A stretch of 64,000 nt of DNA from Chiloscyllium plagiosum (GCF_004010195.1 NC_057719.1:85916056-85980055), one strand, 5' to 3'. Shown: positions 27,960 through 41,257, counted from the stretch's first letter. Notes: generated from the sequence alone by a model not told the origin. Numbers and translations are program-made.

Positions 27960-28480
27960 TGCATTTGGGGTTGGCTTTTACCGGAGCTACGGGCGTTAGA
28001 CAGCAGGTTGGCGGGACAGCAAAATCCATTACTCCTCCCCATTTTGCGCCACTCAGGCGTTTCACAGTCCAGTTGGGGTCAAGGGCACCTGGGGTGAAAA
28101 TCCCACGATCTGCCACTGTCAGCCATCGTGAGGAAGGCAGGTCCTTTGGTCTCATTAAGAAGCTGAGCTGATGCAGGTAGAATCGAAAAGGGAATCCAAA
28201 TGGGAATGATGAAGAGAACGTGGTTGGAGATGGAGATCAAAAGCACGGTTGCGTTTCAATTATGCCCAAACGCCCCCCAACCCCACCCACCCCTGCCCGA
28301 CCTCTCCTGCCCCCAACTCTCCACCCTATCCATCTCCTTCCCTTTGCTATTTCAGCCATGGCCTTAGGGACGGTGCCCGGGTTACCCCGCAAGGACACGT
28401 GGTAATGTTTGCTGGCTATGGTCCCCACACTTAAGGTCCTCAATTGCCATGCCTCTTCCCGATCCGTATGTACCGGGGTG
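27960..28480. repeat. GC-richer interspersed repeat, possibly a non-autonomous DNA transposon remnant
   Basis: ggcgggacagcaaaatcc and cacttaaggtcctcaattg motifs resemble recalled shark repeats; no TIR or TSD verified. Confidence 0.3.
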
Positions 28481-28714
28481 GAGATAGGAGGCCGACAAAT
28501 TCCCTAGCTGCGACCATTCCTCCCTCGGACCCTGCACCCACCCAAATTCAACACGCCAAGGCACTGGATACCAGCAGACATTACAAATTGCTGAACTCTT
28601 TGTAAATCGAAAGTTTCTGAGCAATTGAAAAGTAGATGGCAAAGTCTTAAAATTAACTCGTACATCAGGGTGACAGACCGGCTTTTCTTGGATCTGACCA
28701 GTTAATGAACTTAC

Positions 28715-28885
28715 TGCGTCCCAGACATAAGCAGACACACCCAGGTTAGCGCTCGTGTTCCGAGCGACCTTTAAGCAGTAGCCACAGAACGCGAAATTGT
28801 TCTGATTCATGTAATAGATCGAGGGCTGAATCTTGTCCATGGTGTCGTCGTCGTTGGAATTCTGCGAGGAGCTAGCGGTGGTCAT
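28715..28885 (-). CDS. EEF1AKMT3: Copy B coding exon 1 (an in-frame upstream ATG at 28909 is an alternative start)
   Basis: 57 codons like copy A; FAFCGYCLKV...LGVSAYVWDA|gtaagt. Confidence 0.9.
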
Positions 28886-28965
28886 AGCTTCCAATCTACT
28901 TCCAAACATTTCCCAGCGGATGCTGGCGACTCTCTTCAAACGTCTGACTAGCACAGGGAACGAGC

Positions 28966-29021
28966 ATTTATATCACGCCCCATCCACTGCAAATCCGCCC
29001 CGTCCTTGGGATGTTCCCAAT
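28966..29021 (-). promoter_or_regulatory. Copy B core promoter: TATAAAT (28966-28972), GC box (~28995-29001), inverted CCAAT (29017-29021)
   Basis: Motifs read directly upstream of the ATG. Confidence 0.6.
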
Positions 29022-29283
29022 GTCCTCATAGACAATCCTGCGCAATTGCAGTTGCTAGTCAATGAAACATTCCGTCTATTTTGTACACCGCAAAAGAGTC
29101 GAGAATTAATTGATCCGATAATAAGCATTGTCGGGGTTTGAGGGACAACGGTGCTGCTAAGTTTGGCATAAAGGTAATATACTGCTTTGCGCTTCGAAAA
29201 AAACCTTTCTGTTCAACATTTAAGAATGTCATAATCGACAGAGTATTCATTGTGCACGGAAGTGGATTCTGTGCCCAGACTGT

Positions 29284-29598
29284 GTAAAAACAATGACTGC
29301 AGATGCTGGAAACCAGATTCTGGATTAGTGGTGCTGGAAGAGCACAGCAGTTCAGGCAGCATCCATGGAGCTTCGAAATCGACGTTTCGGGCAAAAGCCC
29401 TCCATCAGGAATAAAGGCAGTGAGCCTGGAGCATGGAGAGATAAGCTCGAGGAGGGTAGGGTGGGGAGAAAGTAGCATAGAGTACAATGGGTGAGTGGGG
29501 GAGGGGATGAAGGTGATAGGTCAGGGAGGAGAGGATGGAGTGGATAGGTGGAAAAGGAGCTGGGCAGGTAGGACAGGTACGGACAAGTCATGGGGACA
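29284..29598 (-). mobile_element. Young PLE 3' end with hammerhead motif (29381-29408)
   Basis: Reverse complement ctgatggagggcttttgcccgaaacgtc plus the terminal tail shared with 4736, 26696 and 38252. Confidence 0.85.
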
Positions 29599-30924
29599 AT
29601 CGGAACCCACCACCGAAGTTGGTCGGAAGTTGCATTACTCCGACTCAGCCGAAACGTCACGTCAACTTGACCGAGCCATTACTTCATATCAGTTCCAATT
29701 TTTCAATAACTCGCAAAGAACTAATATAATGGTATTCGTAACATTCACATAAGTTCGACTTATAGCCAATTGGAAAGCCGCATGAATACTTTAACATTGA
29801 ACCTTTGGGAATGGAGTGTGGAGGATAGTATGTTTATTAAAAACACATGGGATGCAACTAGATCTTTGTGATACATTTGGTCGCCACTTATTTGTAGTGG
29901 CCACATTGCATCATAACGTTTGCACCCATCTCTTAATATCTTATCGAGATGGTCATTCACAGCTCTCTGTAAATTCTACACTCACTGCCTCCCTCGAGAA
30001 ACAATCTCTTGCACTAGATAAATTCTATTTTAAACTTTTTAAAGCTATATCATCATGCTCTCCCTTCCCCATTTCAACCCCACAAGCATTTTGTGTATGT
30101 AGCTATTATGGATTCCATGACTCGATGAATCATATCGGTCTTGAAATTCAATTTTGCGTCCCTGATTATCTGTACGGCTGTTCGTTATGTCTTACTGCAT
30201 CTTTGTCAGACTGTTTCAAGTATCAAGCATTTTAAATGAGGACCTCCATTGCCCCTATGAAACAATAGTTTGGACACTCGTTATGGAAACCCTAAGAGAG
30301 TTTTAGAAGGTTTCTTTGGCAGCCGTACTTATATCGATATCTTCTGCCTTCTGATATGGGATGACTCCTATAAAGTGATTTAGGCGTGATCGTATCGACT
30401 CATGGCCGAAGAGCTCTATCTATAGTTAAAGTGTGTTCTCGATTTGGAAGTTAAACAAACGCAAATTGACTTTAATGTGAGCATTATTCCAATAAATAGA
30501 AAGAGGAATTGAGCATACTTTACTAGCCACCATGCTCTGGCATTCGGTAAGATCAAGGCTGAACTCTTACATTAAAATTCTCACCCCATTGATCTGCATA
30601 TTCCCTTGCTATTCCGAAGTGTATCAACCACACACTTCCATACGCATTGACATAGCTCCTCTGAACAAAGAGTTCCAATGATTCATGATGCTCTGATTCT
30701 CATCAAATTTCATGTAGTCCTACATGGTCCGCTCTTTACCTGAGATGGTGATCCTTAGATTGAGTCTCTGCTGCCATTAATCAGCACTTTTCTTGTCAAT
30801 TCCTCTGTCAATCGCATGTTACGACCGGTCCCATTTCCCGTTTCCAAACTCCAAAGAATATTTCTACTCAACTCATAAAGCAGACCTTTCATCCCAGGAT
30901 TCAAGATAGTTAATCTCCATTGCA

Positions 30925-31156
30925 ATTAGATTACTTAACGTGCGAAAACAGGCCCTTCGGCCCAACAAGTCCACACCGACCCTCCGAAGAGCAACCCACC
31001 AAGACCCATTCCCCTACATTTACCCTTGCACCTAACACTATGGGCAATTTAGCATGGCCAATTCACCTAACCTGCACATATTTGGAATGTGGGAAGAAAC
31101 CGGACCACCCGGAGTAAACCCACGCACACACGGGGAGAATGTGCAAACTCCACACA
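30925..31156 (-). mobile_element. HE1-type SINE (3' part; separate head fragment at ~31432-31480)
   Basis: Matches 49432-49741. Confidence 0.8.
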
Positions 31157-32807
31157 ATTCTTCTGAAGAAGCACCCTCTTCCTCATTTAAGGAGACTGCA
31201 AACGGACCGTGTTCTTGGGCTGCGGTATCTTTAAAATCCTACATAATAGACATTAGTTTTCAACATTCGTGCACTCCTACAATAAAGTTCTAAATATCAT
31301 TTTTCTCCCTAATTATTACATTTCCGTTATAAAGAATAATCTGTGCTCTGGGTGCACGAGTAACCAAATCCCTGTTAACACCAAACTTTACTAGTCTCAG
31401 ACTTTCTTAAAACTATTATTCTTCTTTCCGGGTCTTTGGCGCTGTGAGGCAGCAGTGCTAACCACTGTGACACTGTGCCCCTCAGCTATAGTTGCCAATT
31501 TTACATTGGCTGCTCGGACGATCAATCATTTTTGAAAAGTTGATGCTAAGGACTGTAAGTAATCCTGCTGTACCCTTCCCATATAATTATGCGCACAGGA
31601 ATAGATCTATAGGAATAGATCATATAGATTGTTTGGATACCTGAAACAATAGATCATAACCGGAATGACATAGATTTGAGCCTAGAATAATAGATATTAG
31701 CACTTTTAGTAAATGTTAAAAATAATAAATTCTAAGATGCTTCAATATAAGCGTCGGCACTAGGTAATGGTAACATTGCACGAACATAATTAAAACGGGA
31801 GCAGGAATGAACAAAATCGAAGAGATCAGTTCGTAACAAGTATCAGTTTGTTACTGCAACATATTTCACACACAAGTCATAGGACATCATAAATTGTAAC
31901 ATTATACATGCCAGAATAAAAGTCGTTTAATTAAAGTTAATGTTGCAATACATTTCTTCCTGGGTAAGAACAGAACAAAGTAAGCAACTCTCAGACCTTG
32001 AACAAAGTTTAAATTTGGTTACATTATTTGGCTGAGGCTTTCGTCTACGTAATCCTCTAACGACTCCACACTTCAGCACTCAATTGACGAACTTGACAAT
32101 AGTTCACGTACCACATTTTGGTATGGAGGATTGAAGTCCGGCCTGCAAGAAACGACAAGTCAGATATCTTCGAACATAAAAATCGGATGAAAAGTGGTTC
32201 ATGTGGCCATTGTAGCCTGCTCCAGAGAGGTAGATTTGCAATTGATTGGTGAGGGTGAGAATGAATATGGTTTCCTAACCACCCAAAACAGGCACAATTG
32301 GGAGATACGTCCTTAAGATTTGACCAGCATTTTAATCTCTTATCCAAAGTAATACCCATTCAAAGTGGTGTCTAGAATTGAAGAGCACTGATTCCTCGCC
32401 TGAGAAAGGACAGAAGCAGTTAGCTAAGATCTGATGCCATGAAGATCTAGAGCCTAGATTAAGATCTAGAATCAACGTGGATGTCTCCATCACGATTGTG
32501 TTGAATTCTGCTGCGACCTCTGGTGACGTAGCCTACTGGTGTTTCAGAGTACAGTAAGACTGCTGGAAATCCTGAAACATTGGCTATAAGTTATGGTTTG
32601 TTTTGCTGCACTGTGCGACAGCCAACCCAGTGTTGGCACAATATTCAGTGAAGTTCGTAAGCAGTACTTTGCTTAATGTAATAAATGGAGTGTGCTATCC
32701 AACTTTATTTCTTGCTCACATTTATGTAGTTTCTTTTCATATAATGGAGTTGTTCCTTGAGCATTTTAGCGGGCATTTAATGGTCGAATCAGTCAACGAC
32801 AACTTCC

Positions 32808-33195
32808 TAAGACCAGAAGAAATAGGAGTGGAGGCAAGGCCACTCGCCCTACAAGTCTACTCCGCCATTTAATCATGGCCTATGGGTGTTTCAATTCCAC
32901 TTACCCGCACTCTCCCCGTAACCCTTAATTCCTTGGGAGAGCAGGAATTTATCAATCTCTGCCTTGAAGACATCCAACATCCCGGCCTCCTCTGCGCTCC
33001 GTGGCAATGAATTCCACATGCCCACCACTCTCTGGCTGAAGAAATGTCTTCTCATTTCCGTTCTAAATTGACCCCCCTCTAATTTTAAGGCCAGGCCCAC
33101 GGGTTCTAATGTCCATACCTAACAGAAGCAATTTCCCAGCGTCCACCCTTTCTAAGCCATGCATTATCTTGTAAGTTTCTATTAGATCTCTCCAG
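32808..33195 (-). mobile_element. CR1 LINE 3' end
   Basis: GGQFRTEMRRHFFSQRVVGMWNSLP...FKAEIDKFL. Confidence 0.85.
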
Positions 33196-34229
33196 AATAA
33201 CCATTATCCCGTTTGCCATATTCACGTGAAGGTTATTTGTAATTTGTTCCTCAGAACAAAACTTCTTATTTCCCACGCTGTCAGGATGCATGTGGAGTCA
33301 GATAAGTCTCTGACATCAGTGAAATGTAACATTTTGACCTCGGTGAACCGAAAGATTCTTGTGACCTCTCTTGTGCTCCTTTCGTGCCTATCTATTAGAA
33401 GTTCGTTAATGTTTTGGGACGTCTAGTTCTTGCAAAACAACGGTTAATTAAGATCTCTACTGCACAGGAAATGTGATAAAGAAGTCAGTTTTGAAAGGAT
33501 ACCAATCTTCAACAAGTCTATAAATGATGTCAGTAGATTCAGTGAGTGAACTAAAATTTGGAAATGCAAAGTGCGGAAAAGTGCAAAATTGCCCATTTTG
33601 GTACAATTTTGTTATGGGGATAAATTGCAGAGCTCTAGGAATGGTGCTCTAGGCTGGCTGTCCTACTTAATGAATCCAAAAGATAAGATCTCAAGTGCAG
33701 GAAGTAACCAGGAAATCAAACAGGATTTTATTCTTCATCTTTGAATCTATTAAAATATGCTCAGATTTGCTCTCAACATTATGAGGTTAGCCCTCATCCT
33801 GCTTCAACAACTTATCGGGATTTCTCCTATCGTTCCCTACTACAAGTGTTATGATGTCAGTTGATGACATTCTTCAAGATCAGATCCCAGAATGAAAATT
33901 GGCTTGAGAGATTATGTTTATTAAAAGCCTTAAAATTTTCACATACGTATCATAAACTCAGCACATAAACATATTTCCATAAAACCATAGCTCTCTGTAG
34001 TCACTTATTTTCTGATAAATCTTGGATTTAAGCCTCTGATCCAGAAGGACTTTCAAATGTTTTTGTTTGAAGATAAACATTGACAGAAATTGCCTCTGTT
34101 CTGAAAACGAAATTCCAAGGATGATAATAATGTCTAAGAATAATACACTTTTCAACAAAAGAAACCTACACTGCTGTCTGACACCGCAGTGAATCTGCAC
34201 AACTACGGCCTTTGCTGCTTGAGTTCAAG

Positions 34230-36398
34230 TATCTCTGGACATCAGAGTGCATCTAAAAAAAATTAACTAACAGTGAAATTGACAGGTGACCTTGGAGGAA
34301 CTTGTGTGGGAGAGCTCACAGCTCTGGAGAAGCTAAGTGCATGCTTTTTACGTGTCACCTTACTGCAAATCTACAATTGTGAGTAGAGTGGGTTCTTTTT
34401 TGATTATATATTTTATTGAAATCTGTCTTGTGATTAAATTTAAAAAAATAAAAGGCATGGGTACTAAGTCAGTCTGGAACAGTGTATTTGAACAGTAAGG
34501 TGGTGCTATTTTCTGAGTCTGTAGATTGTTCAGGTGCAAAGATGGCCTTTCGTAGAGTGTTGTGCTCATCCTGTCAGATATGGGACATTATGGAGAGTTT
34601 CCATGTTGCTGATGATTATGTCTGCAGAAAGTGTGTTTGGTTGCGAATCCTATCAAATCACATAGCTTGTTTGGAGCAGCAGTTCGAGACAATCAGGAAT
34701 TTACAAGAGCTCGGGGATGTGATGAATGGCAGTTATATGAAGGTCGAAAAACCACAGATACAGTCAGGTGGGTTACCTCCAGGAAATGTAGGAGAGAGAG
34801 GTGGGTAATGGCTATCCCCATCTCAAAAAAGCATACTGTTTTGGACAATGTAGGGGGTGATGGACTGTCAGGGGAATGTAGCACAAACTGCCAGGCCTTG
34901 GTACCAAGGCTGACTCTAACGCAGTCAAGGGTACGTCAGGTTCTAAGCAATCGAATTGTGATAAGGGGACTCTCTAGTCAGAGGCACAGACAGATTTTCT
35001 GCAGCCAAGAGCGAGAAATCACAAAGGTGTGTTGCCTCCGTGGTGCCAGATCAAGGTATCTCAGAGAGGGTGCAGTATGTTCTCAAAAGGGCTAAGGACC
35101 AACAGATTGCACACATTAGAACTTATGGCATAGGAAGGGAAAAGGGTGAGCTTCTGAAGGAAGATTATAGGAATTCAGGGTGAAATTTAAAAAAGAGGTC
35201 TTCTAGGATATTAATATTTAGATTAATCCCAGTGCTACAAGCTAGTCAGAGTAGGGATAGGAGGCAAGAGCAGATGAATGTGTAGCTGAGGAGCTGGTGC
35301 AGGGGAGAAAGGTTCGCATTTTTGGATCATTGGAATCTCTTCTGGGGTAGCCTTTATAACCTTTATAAGAAGGATGGATTACACCTGAATTGGAAGTGGG
35401 CTCATTCGCTGGCAGAGAGATTTGCTGGAGCTGCTCATGAGGATTTAAACTAGTAAGGTGTGGGAGGCGGGGAGCTGGGGTGGGACCTAGAGAGACAGTG
35501 AGCAAAGCAATCGGACTGAGACTAGTACAGTTGAAAAAAGGTGCAACTCAAACACTGAGGGCAGACAGGAACAAGGTAAGACTGATAAATGAAACTGCAT
35601 TTATTTCAATGCAAGAGGCCGAATAGTGAAGGCAACTGAACTCAGGGCATGCTTACGAACATGGGATTTGGATATCAGACAATTGCAGAGATATGGACAG
35701 GAATGGCAGCTTAGTGTTGCAGAATAGAAATGCTATAGGAAACATAGAAGGGGGAGAAAGAGAGGTGGGGGTTCTAGGGGTTGGGAGGTGGTGTTTTTGA
35801 TAAGGGACAACATTACAGCTGAACTTAGGAAGGATATTCCTGGGAATACATCCAGGGAAATTATTTGGGTGGAATTGAGAAATAAAAAAGGGATGATCAC
35901 TTTACAGGGATTGTACTATAGACCCCCAAATAGTCAGAGGGAAATTGAGAAACAAATGTCTAAGGAGATCTCAGTTATCTGTAAGAATAATAGGGTGATT
36001 ATGGTAAGGTATTTTAACTTTCCAGACATAGACTTGGACTGTCATAATGTTAAAGGTTTAGGTTGAGAGGAATTTGTTAAGTGTGTACAAGAAAATTTTC
36101 TGATTCAATGTGTAGATGTACCCACTAGAGAAGGTGCAAAGCCTGACCTACTTTTGGGAAATAAGGCAGGGCAAGTGACTGAGGTGTCAGTGGGGGAGCA
36201 CTTTGGGGCGAGCGACCATAATTCCATTAGTTTTAAAATAGTGATAGAAAAGGATAAAGAGGATCTAAAAGTTAAAGTTCCAAACTGGAGGAAGGTCAAT
36301 TTTGACAGTATTAGGCAAGAACTTTAAAAGTTGATTGGGGGCAGATGTTTGCAGGTAAAGGAATGGCTGGCAAATAGGAAGTCTTCAAATATGAGGAT
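34230..36398 (+). mobile_element. CR1 LINE 5' half: 5' UTR, ORF1 (Cys finger plus esterase-like) and ORF2 APE endonuclease, degenerate
   Basis: MAFRRVLCSSCQIW...CRKC; IVIxDSLVRG; CIYFNARG; IWVELRNKKG...YYRPPNS; FNFPDID; SDH. Confidence 0.85.
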
Positions 36399-36399
36399 A

Positions 36400-37060
36400 T
36401 GACGTTAAAAGGTCCTCAGTGTCGTGTCCTGAGTCCAACCATCTTCAGCTGTTTCGTTTTGTGCTCTCCTCCATCCGAAGTTAAAAGCGGGATGTTGGCT
36501 GATGATTTCACAATATGCAATATCATTTGCACTTCCTTAGATGTTGAAGCAGCCTGCACTCATATGCAACAAGACCGAGCCAGAATCTTGGCTTCTCATG
36601 ATAAATGGCAATTAATATTTTTGTGTTACCTAAATGTGAGGTAATGAAAATCTCCAATGTAACCATTGCCCCTTGAAATTCAATGGCATTACCAACGGTG
36701 AATTCTCCATTGTCAACCTGGAAATCAACATTGACTGTAAAGTGTACTGGACCAGCCATATGTAAACTGCAGGTGCAAGAACCAATCAGAGACCAAGGCA
36801 ATTAATTACGTGTAGTTCGCCGCCTATCTTCCCAATTTCTATCCACTATCCAGGTAGACATGTCAGGAAGGGTCACCGGACCAGAAAAGTAAAGGTTGAC
36901 TTCACTTTCCAGTAACTTCTGTTTTTCATTCTGATTTACAGCATCCACAGTTCTTTCGATTTGTATTAGTACGTGTCCAGGAGTTCGATGGAATACTCTC
37001 CAGTCGCCTAGATGTGTGTAGGTCCAGCAGTTAGGGATGGACAATAAAATGCCGTCCGAG
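36400..37060 (+). mobile_element. Old CR1-group RT fragment with a decayed PLE end (~36860-36965)
   Basis: GPQCRVLSPTIFSCF...MLADD...DKWQ. Confidence 0.6.
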
Positions 37061-38236
37061 ACAATTATGCTCGTATTGTCTTGAGCAAGACAAAAGGAAT
37101 TACAGTGAAAAGGGCAAACCCGTTGCCTTTATCTCGCTTTGTAAACTCCACGAAATCACGATTAATTTCATCTACATCTTGGGCAATTACCTGAATCTGA
37201 ACTAGAATATCAACAGTGGGCGGTCTCCACTGTTGAGCATATAGATAACGCCATGTTGTAATTTCACTCTTAGTACTCTTGCTCATACGTTTTCCTTCAT
37301 AGTAATGAAGGGGTGAGGAATAGTTTGACCATGTGATTGCAGATTATTTGATTGCACTTCTGCTACTCTTGCATACCAACTCAGTTACATATGTTGACAA
37401 TGTCACATGGGATAGAACCCTTTGCCCTAATGTTTTCACACCAACTGCTGCAGTCTGTATTTCAGGACTTGTCCAAATCGGTCAACCATGGAACTAGCAA
37501 GCGCAGTTCTTTCTATGGGCGTGTTAGTTGATTATGTGATATTTCACAGGCTCCACATACTGACAGTGACACAGAACAAAACCAGGCATGGTGATAGAGA
37601 CATCGGCTGAAATGTTTGCCCGCTTTAAATATCTTCATGTTCATATCTCTCTTGGAGGATGGTGCTCAAAAGATTTTGCAGGCATGGATGCTGCTTCCAC
37701 GGTCAACAATTCGGAGGTGGAACCTACATCTGAGACCTTCCAGCTCGAACGCATAATCCCTCCCAGCTGAAACACTGGGGTTGCCTGACTGAAATGTATG
37801 AAGCTGTTACTATATCAACAGTTTGCTTGACGAGCGTGTGGAGCGGCCACCCCCACTTTGGGGTCTTTGTGAAAAAAGCTGTTTCAACAGGTATTTCCGG
37901 CATTGCTGAATAAATCGGAAGTTAGCAGTTCACAAACGCATTGCAAATTCGCAAAACGTTGGCTCACAGACTTGTCGCAATGAGTACCTGGAGCTTGGAT
38001 GTCCAACCAGGAGTAGCCTGTTTCATGCTCACGTGACTGAACGACGATTCGGTCTCATCACGCGCACTGCGGTTGGAGACAGCAGAGTCTTCATCTGCAT
38101 TCAGGAACTGAACCATTTCTCTCAATGGAGGCATGAACCTTGGTTTCAACGGAACCTCACAGTAGCCCCCTTATAATAAAATGAACTTTAGAGCAGTTGT
38201 TAGATTCTTATTTCATAAAGGAGCTATTACATGGAC

Positions 38237-38497
38237 ATCCTGCTCATCTAGGTGGTAAAAACAATGACTGCAGATGCTGGAAACCAGATTCTGGATCAGT
38301 GGTGCTGGAAGAGCACAGCAATTCAGGCAGCATCCGAAGACAGGCAAAATCGACGTTTCGGGCAAAAGCCCTTCATCAGGAATAAAATATTCCGGATGAA
38401 GGGCTTTTGCCCGAAACGTCGATTTTGCCTGTCTTCGGATGCTGCCTGAATTGCTGTGCTCTTCCAGCACCACTGATCCAGAATCCTGCTCATCTAG
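38237..38497. mobile_element. PLE-derived fold-back insertion: 98-bp inverted repeat (1 mismatch) plus 35-nt tail, up to 15-bp TSD
   Basis: Arms 38287-38384 and 38388-38485; atcctgctcatctag at 38237-38251 and 38483-38497. Confidence 0.92.
38352..38379 (-). ncRNA. Minimal type I hammerhead ribozyme motif (PLE-associated), intact core
   Basis: CUGAUGA-A-GGGC-UUUU-GCCC-GAAA-C-GUC; palindromic ACGU stem III as described for PLE hammerheads. Confidence 0.8.
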
Positions 38498-38870
38498 ACA
38501 ACCAAGAATGTTACCATTAGCCCAGTACTCTTTACTCCTGTTGCTACTTCCAGAACCTCACACCTTTCCGCATTAAACTCCATTTGCCACTTCTCAGCCC
38601 AGCTCTGCAGTTTATCTATATCCCTCTGTAACCTGCAACATCCTTCAGCACTATCCACAACTCCACCGACCTTAGTTTCATTCGCAAATTTACTAACCCA
38701 TCCTTCTACGCCTTCATGACACACAGCAGTGACCCCAAAACAGATCCTTGCGTACACCGCGAGTAACTGAACTCCAGGATGAACATTTCCCATCAACCAC
38801 CACCCTCAGGCTTCTTTCAGCTAGCCAATTTCTGATCCAAATCGCTAAATCACCCTCAATCCAATGAAAT
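38498..38870 (-). mobile_element. CR1 RT fragment
   Basis: VSKFANETKVGGVVDSAEGCCRLQRDIDKLQSWAEKWQMEFN. Confidence 0.85.
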
Positions 38871-40409
38871 CGCCCTCAATCTTAGAAAAAAAACTATTCT
38901 GCCAAGGTTTATATGACGTGTTATTTAGTGAAAGGATGGCTCAATATGATTCCTTTCGGGAGTAACAAAGATTTTAATAGCCAACACGACAGCCAAAACA
39001 TTTCCGACTATAGTGAATTCCACAAGCGATCTGGACTGATACGTGGGGAGAGTGAGACTGAGAAACTATTGTGTTTATGTCCTGAAGTTGGTGGATGAAA
39101 GAGTTTGTCAGGGAAAACATGGAGGTTTCATCAAAAATTCAAAACATGGATACGTTGTTAGATGAAATGTTGACGGCGCAGATTGTGCTGGTTGGACGTA
39201 ATGTGTCGGAAGAATGGCCAAACTTGCTCTGAGCGATCGATTGTTTTGTATTCCAGCATATATAGCGGTCAAACTGCCGCACCAGATTTCGAAACTTGGC
39301 CGGCTAATGGTATTGGATGTAGTTGAATCGAGATGGATTGCATTTTAAGGAAACCATTAGTAAAGCTCAAAATAGTCCTGAAGCAGGTAATTGAAGGTGG
39401 AATACAATTAATTTCGCTTCCAATTTAAGTGACCTTTCGGCTCAGGAGAAAAGCTCTGCTGCTTCAGCAAATCATTGCAGGCTCAAACTATAGCAGAACA
39501 GAGTTTAGAACAAAGCAATATTGCAGAGGAGAAGGGGTATTTGAAGGAATTGCTTTCTTCATCATAAGTCTCTTTTAGGTGTTAATGGATCCAATCGCAT
39601 TACTTAACATTGGGCCGCTAAGGTCTTCCCTGTTGCCTTCACTGTTTAATTTCCTGGATATTGGTAGGACATGAGGATGGAAAGAGGATGATGGTAATGG
39701 TTAGACTATAATGCCATGATTGGCTCAACGAAGACTAAGGACCTCTAATGGGCTCGAGAAGTGTTGCCTAAATATGACATTCAGCCTCAATCCGAAGTCT
39801 GGAGCCCATCGCACATCGCTGAGGATTCAAATGGCGGATTTCTAGAAGTGGATGAGCGACCATGATTAAAGCGCTGAGCTTCGAGGGTTACGAATCTAGC
39901 ATAAATTTGGAGAATTCCACCCATGCTTCGATATTATCCACAACCACTTCCAATTCTGCAAATTCAAATGAAAGATCACCAGTAACCCGTGATGGTCGGT
40001 GGTTGCCTCGGTGCATCCGCATATGTCATAGAAACTGCATTAGTCAGTTAAAGGAAATCCAGTCCCTCGATTTTTATACGTTTTTGGGATAGCATGCAAG
40101 TTATTTCTCTGTGCTAATTGATTTTGTTTTGCAACAGTTCTTCTCTCATTTGAAACATTGAAAACTGATCACCTCTGTAACTCATCTCGCCCATAACTGT
40201 TTCTGTGACTGGTTCCAGTGCTTAGTTCTTACGCACAATGAAATCAGAACATTGTAGTTTTATCTCGACTCAAGTTGGGTCACATAATATTATGCTGCAT
40301 GTCAAAATTTTAAAAAAGGGACCTTCCAGTTAATTGACACTTGGTGCCACACGAGCGTTTAGTTCTTTGTGTAGATTTGAAGATTTAAACGAAATTCCTT
40401 CCCGAACAT

Positions 40410-40910
40410 GGATGGAGAACCAGTTGACAAAAAGAAACAAAGAGTACGAATAACCGAGTCTTTTTGTTTCGAGTGGGATTCTCGAGTGTTTGGACCTTAG
40501 CTGTTCATAAGATACATGAACGATTTAGATGATTGAACTAAATATAACATCTCCAAATTTACAGAGGACACAGTGAACAGTGAACGGAGGCAGAGATGTT
40601 TCAGTGTGATTTGAACAAGTTGAGTGAGTGGGCAAATGCATGTTAGATGAAGTATAATTTGAATAATTGTGAGGGTATCCACTTCAGTAACAAAAACAGG
40701 AAGACAGATTATTATCTGAATTGCCATAGGTTAGGCAAAGGGGAGGGTGCAACGCGACTTGGGTGTCCTTGTACAGTAGTAGCTGAAGGTAAGCATGAAT
40801 GTGCAGCAGGCGGTGAAGAAGGGAAATGATAGGTTGGCTTTAAAACAGGAAGATTTGTGTACAGGAGTAGGGATGGCTTGCTGCAATTATATAAGGCGTT
40901 GGTGAAACCC
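40410..40910 (+). mobile_element. Degenerate CR1 RT fragment
   Basis: LFIRYMNDLD...ISKFTEDT; LLQLYKALV. Confidence 0.7.
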
Positions 40911-41146
40911 CGAAGGTTTAAATATTTTTCCTGCACTGTATTGCTTTCAAGGTTATGATCAGATACGCCAAGTTCATTTAGCAGCTTTTTGGAGGGTCAT
41001 GAGACGGTTTAAACCAAGTTCTCAGTGGTGGCCATTAACTCTTCCGCACAGATCCTATTCTTCACTCACTACACTCATTACAGTCCGTCCAATTTTATCT
41101 CTATCGGGCTATTTTATCTTAACAATCATATATCTTATCTTTACAG

Positions 41147-41257
41147 GAAATTGTTCTTTGAAAGTTCATTGAGAAGGAGAACATCCGGCTTTCCAGGAAG
41201 ACGGTGATTCAGTTGAAATCGGCACTGCAGTGACGGGGGCTTTAGCCACCCTACTTG
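41147..41257 (+). pseudogene. Inverted METTL21B-like pseudogene, exon 2 remnant
   Basis: ctttacag|GAA ATT GTT CTT TGA AAG TTC ATT GAG AAG GAG AAC...GCC ACC CTA CTT G|gtgagt; 111 nt; in-frame stop replaces Cys; 1-nt deletion in motif I. Confidence 0.85.

Noticed and set aside
28886-28909. MFGSRL upstream of the copy B ATG resembles human METTL21B NFGSRLG
   Set aside because: Wrong position in the protein and only five residues; probably chance
32057-32359. 100-aa ORF starting GITLDKRL
   Set aside because: Probably an ancient LINE RT remnant; too degenerate to classify and not a host gene
32513-32527. CTCF-like site (gtcaccagaggtcgc on minus); also 56154-56168
   Set aside because: Core mismatches; cannot be supported from sequence alone
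39255-39395. Possible promoter and exon 1 of the plus-strand pseudogene (TATATA; ...KLKIVLKQ|gtaatt)
   Set aside because: Only LKIV resembles exon 1; the LGVxxxVW motif is not recognisable, so too weak to call
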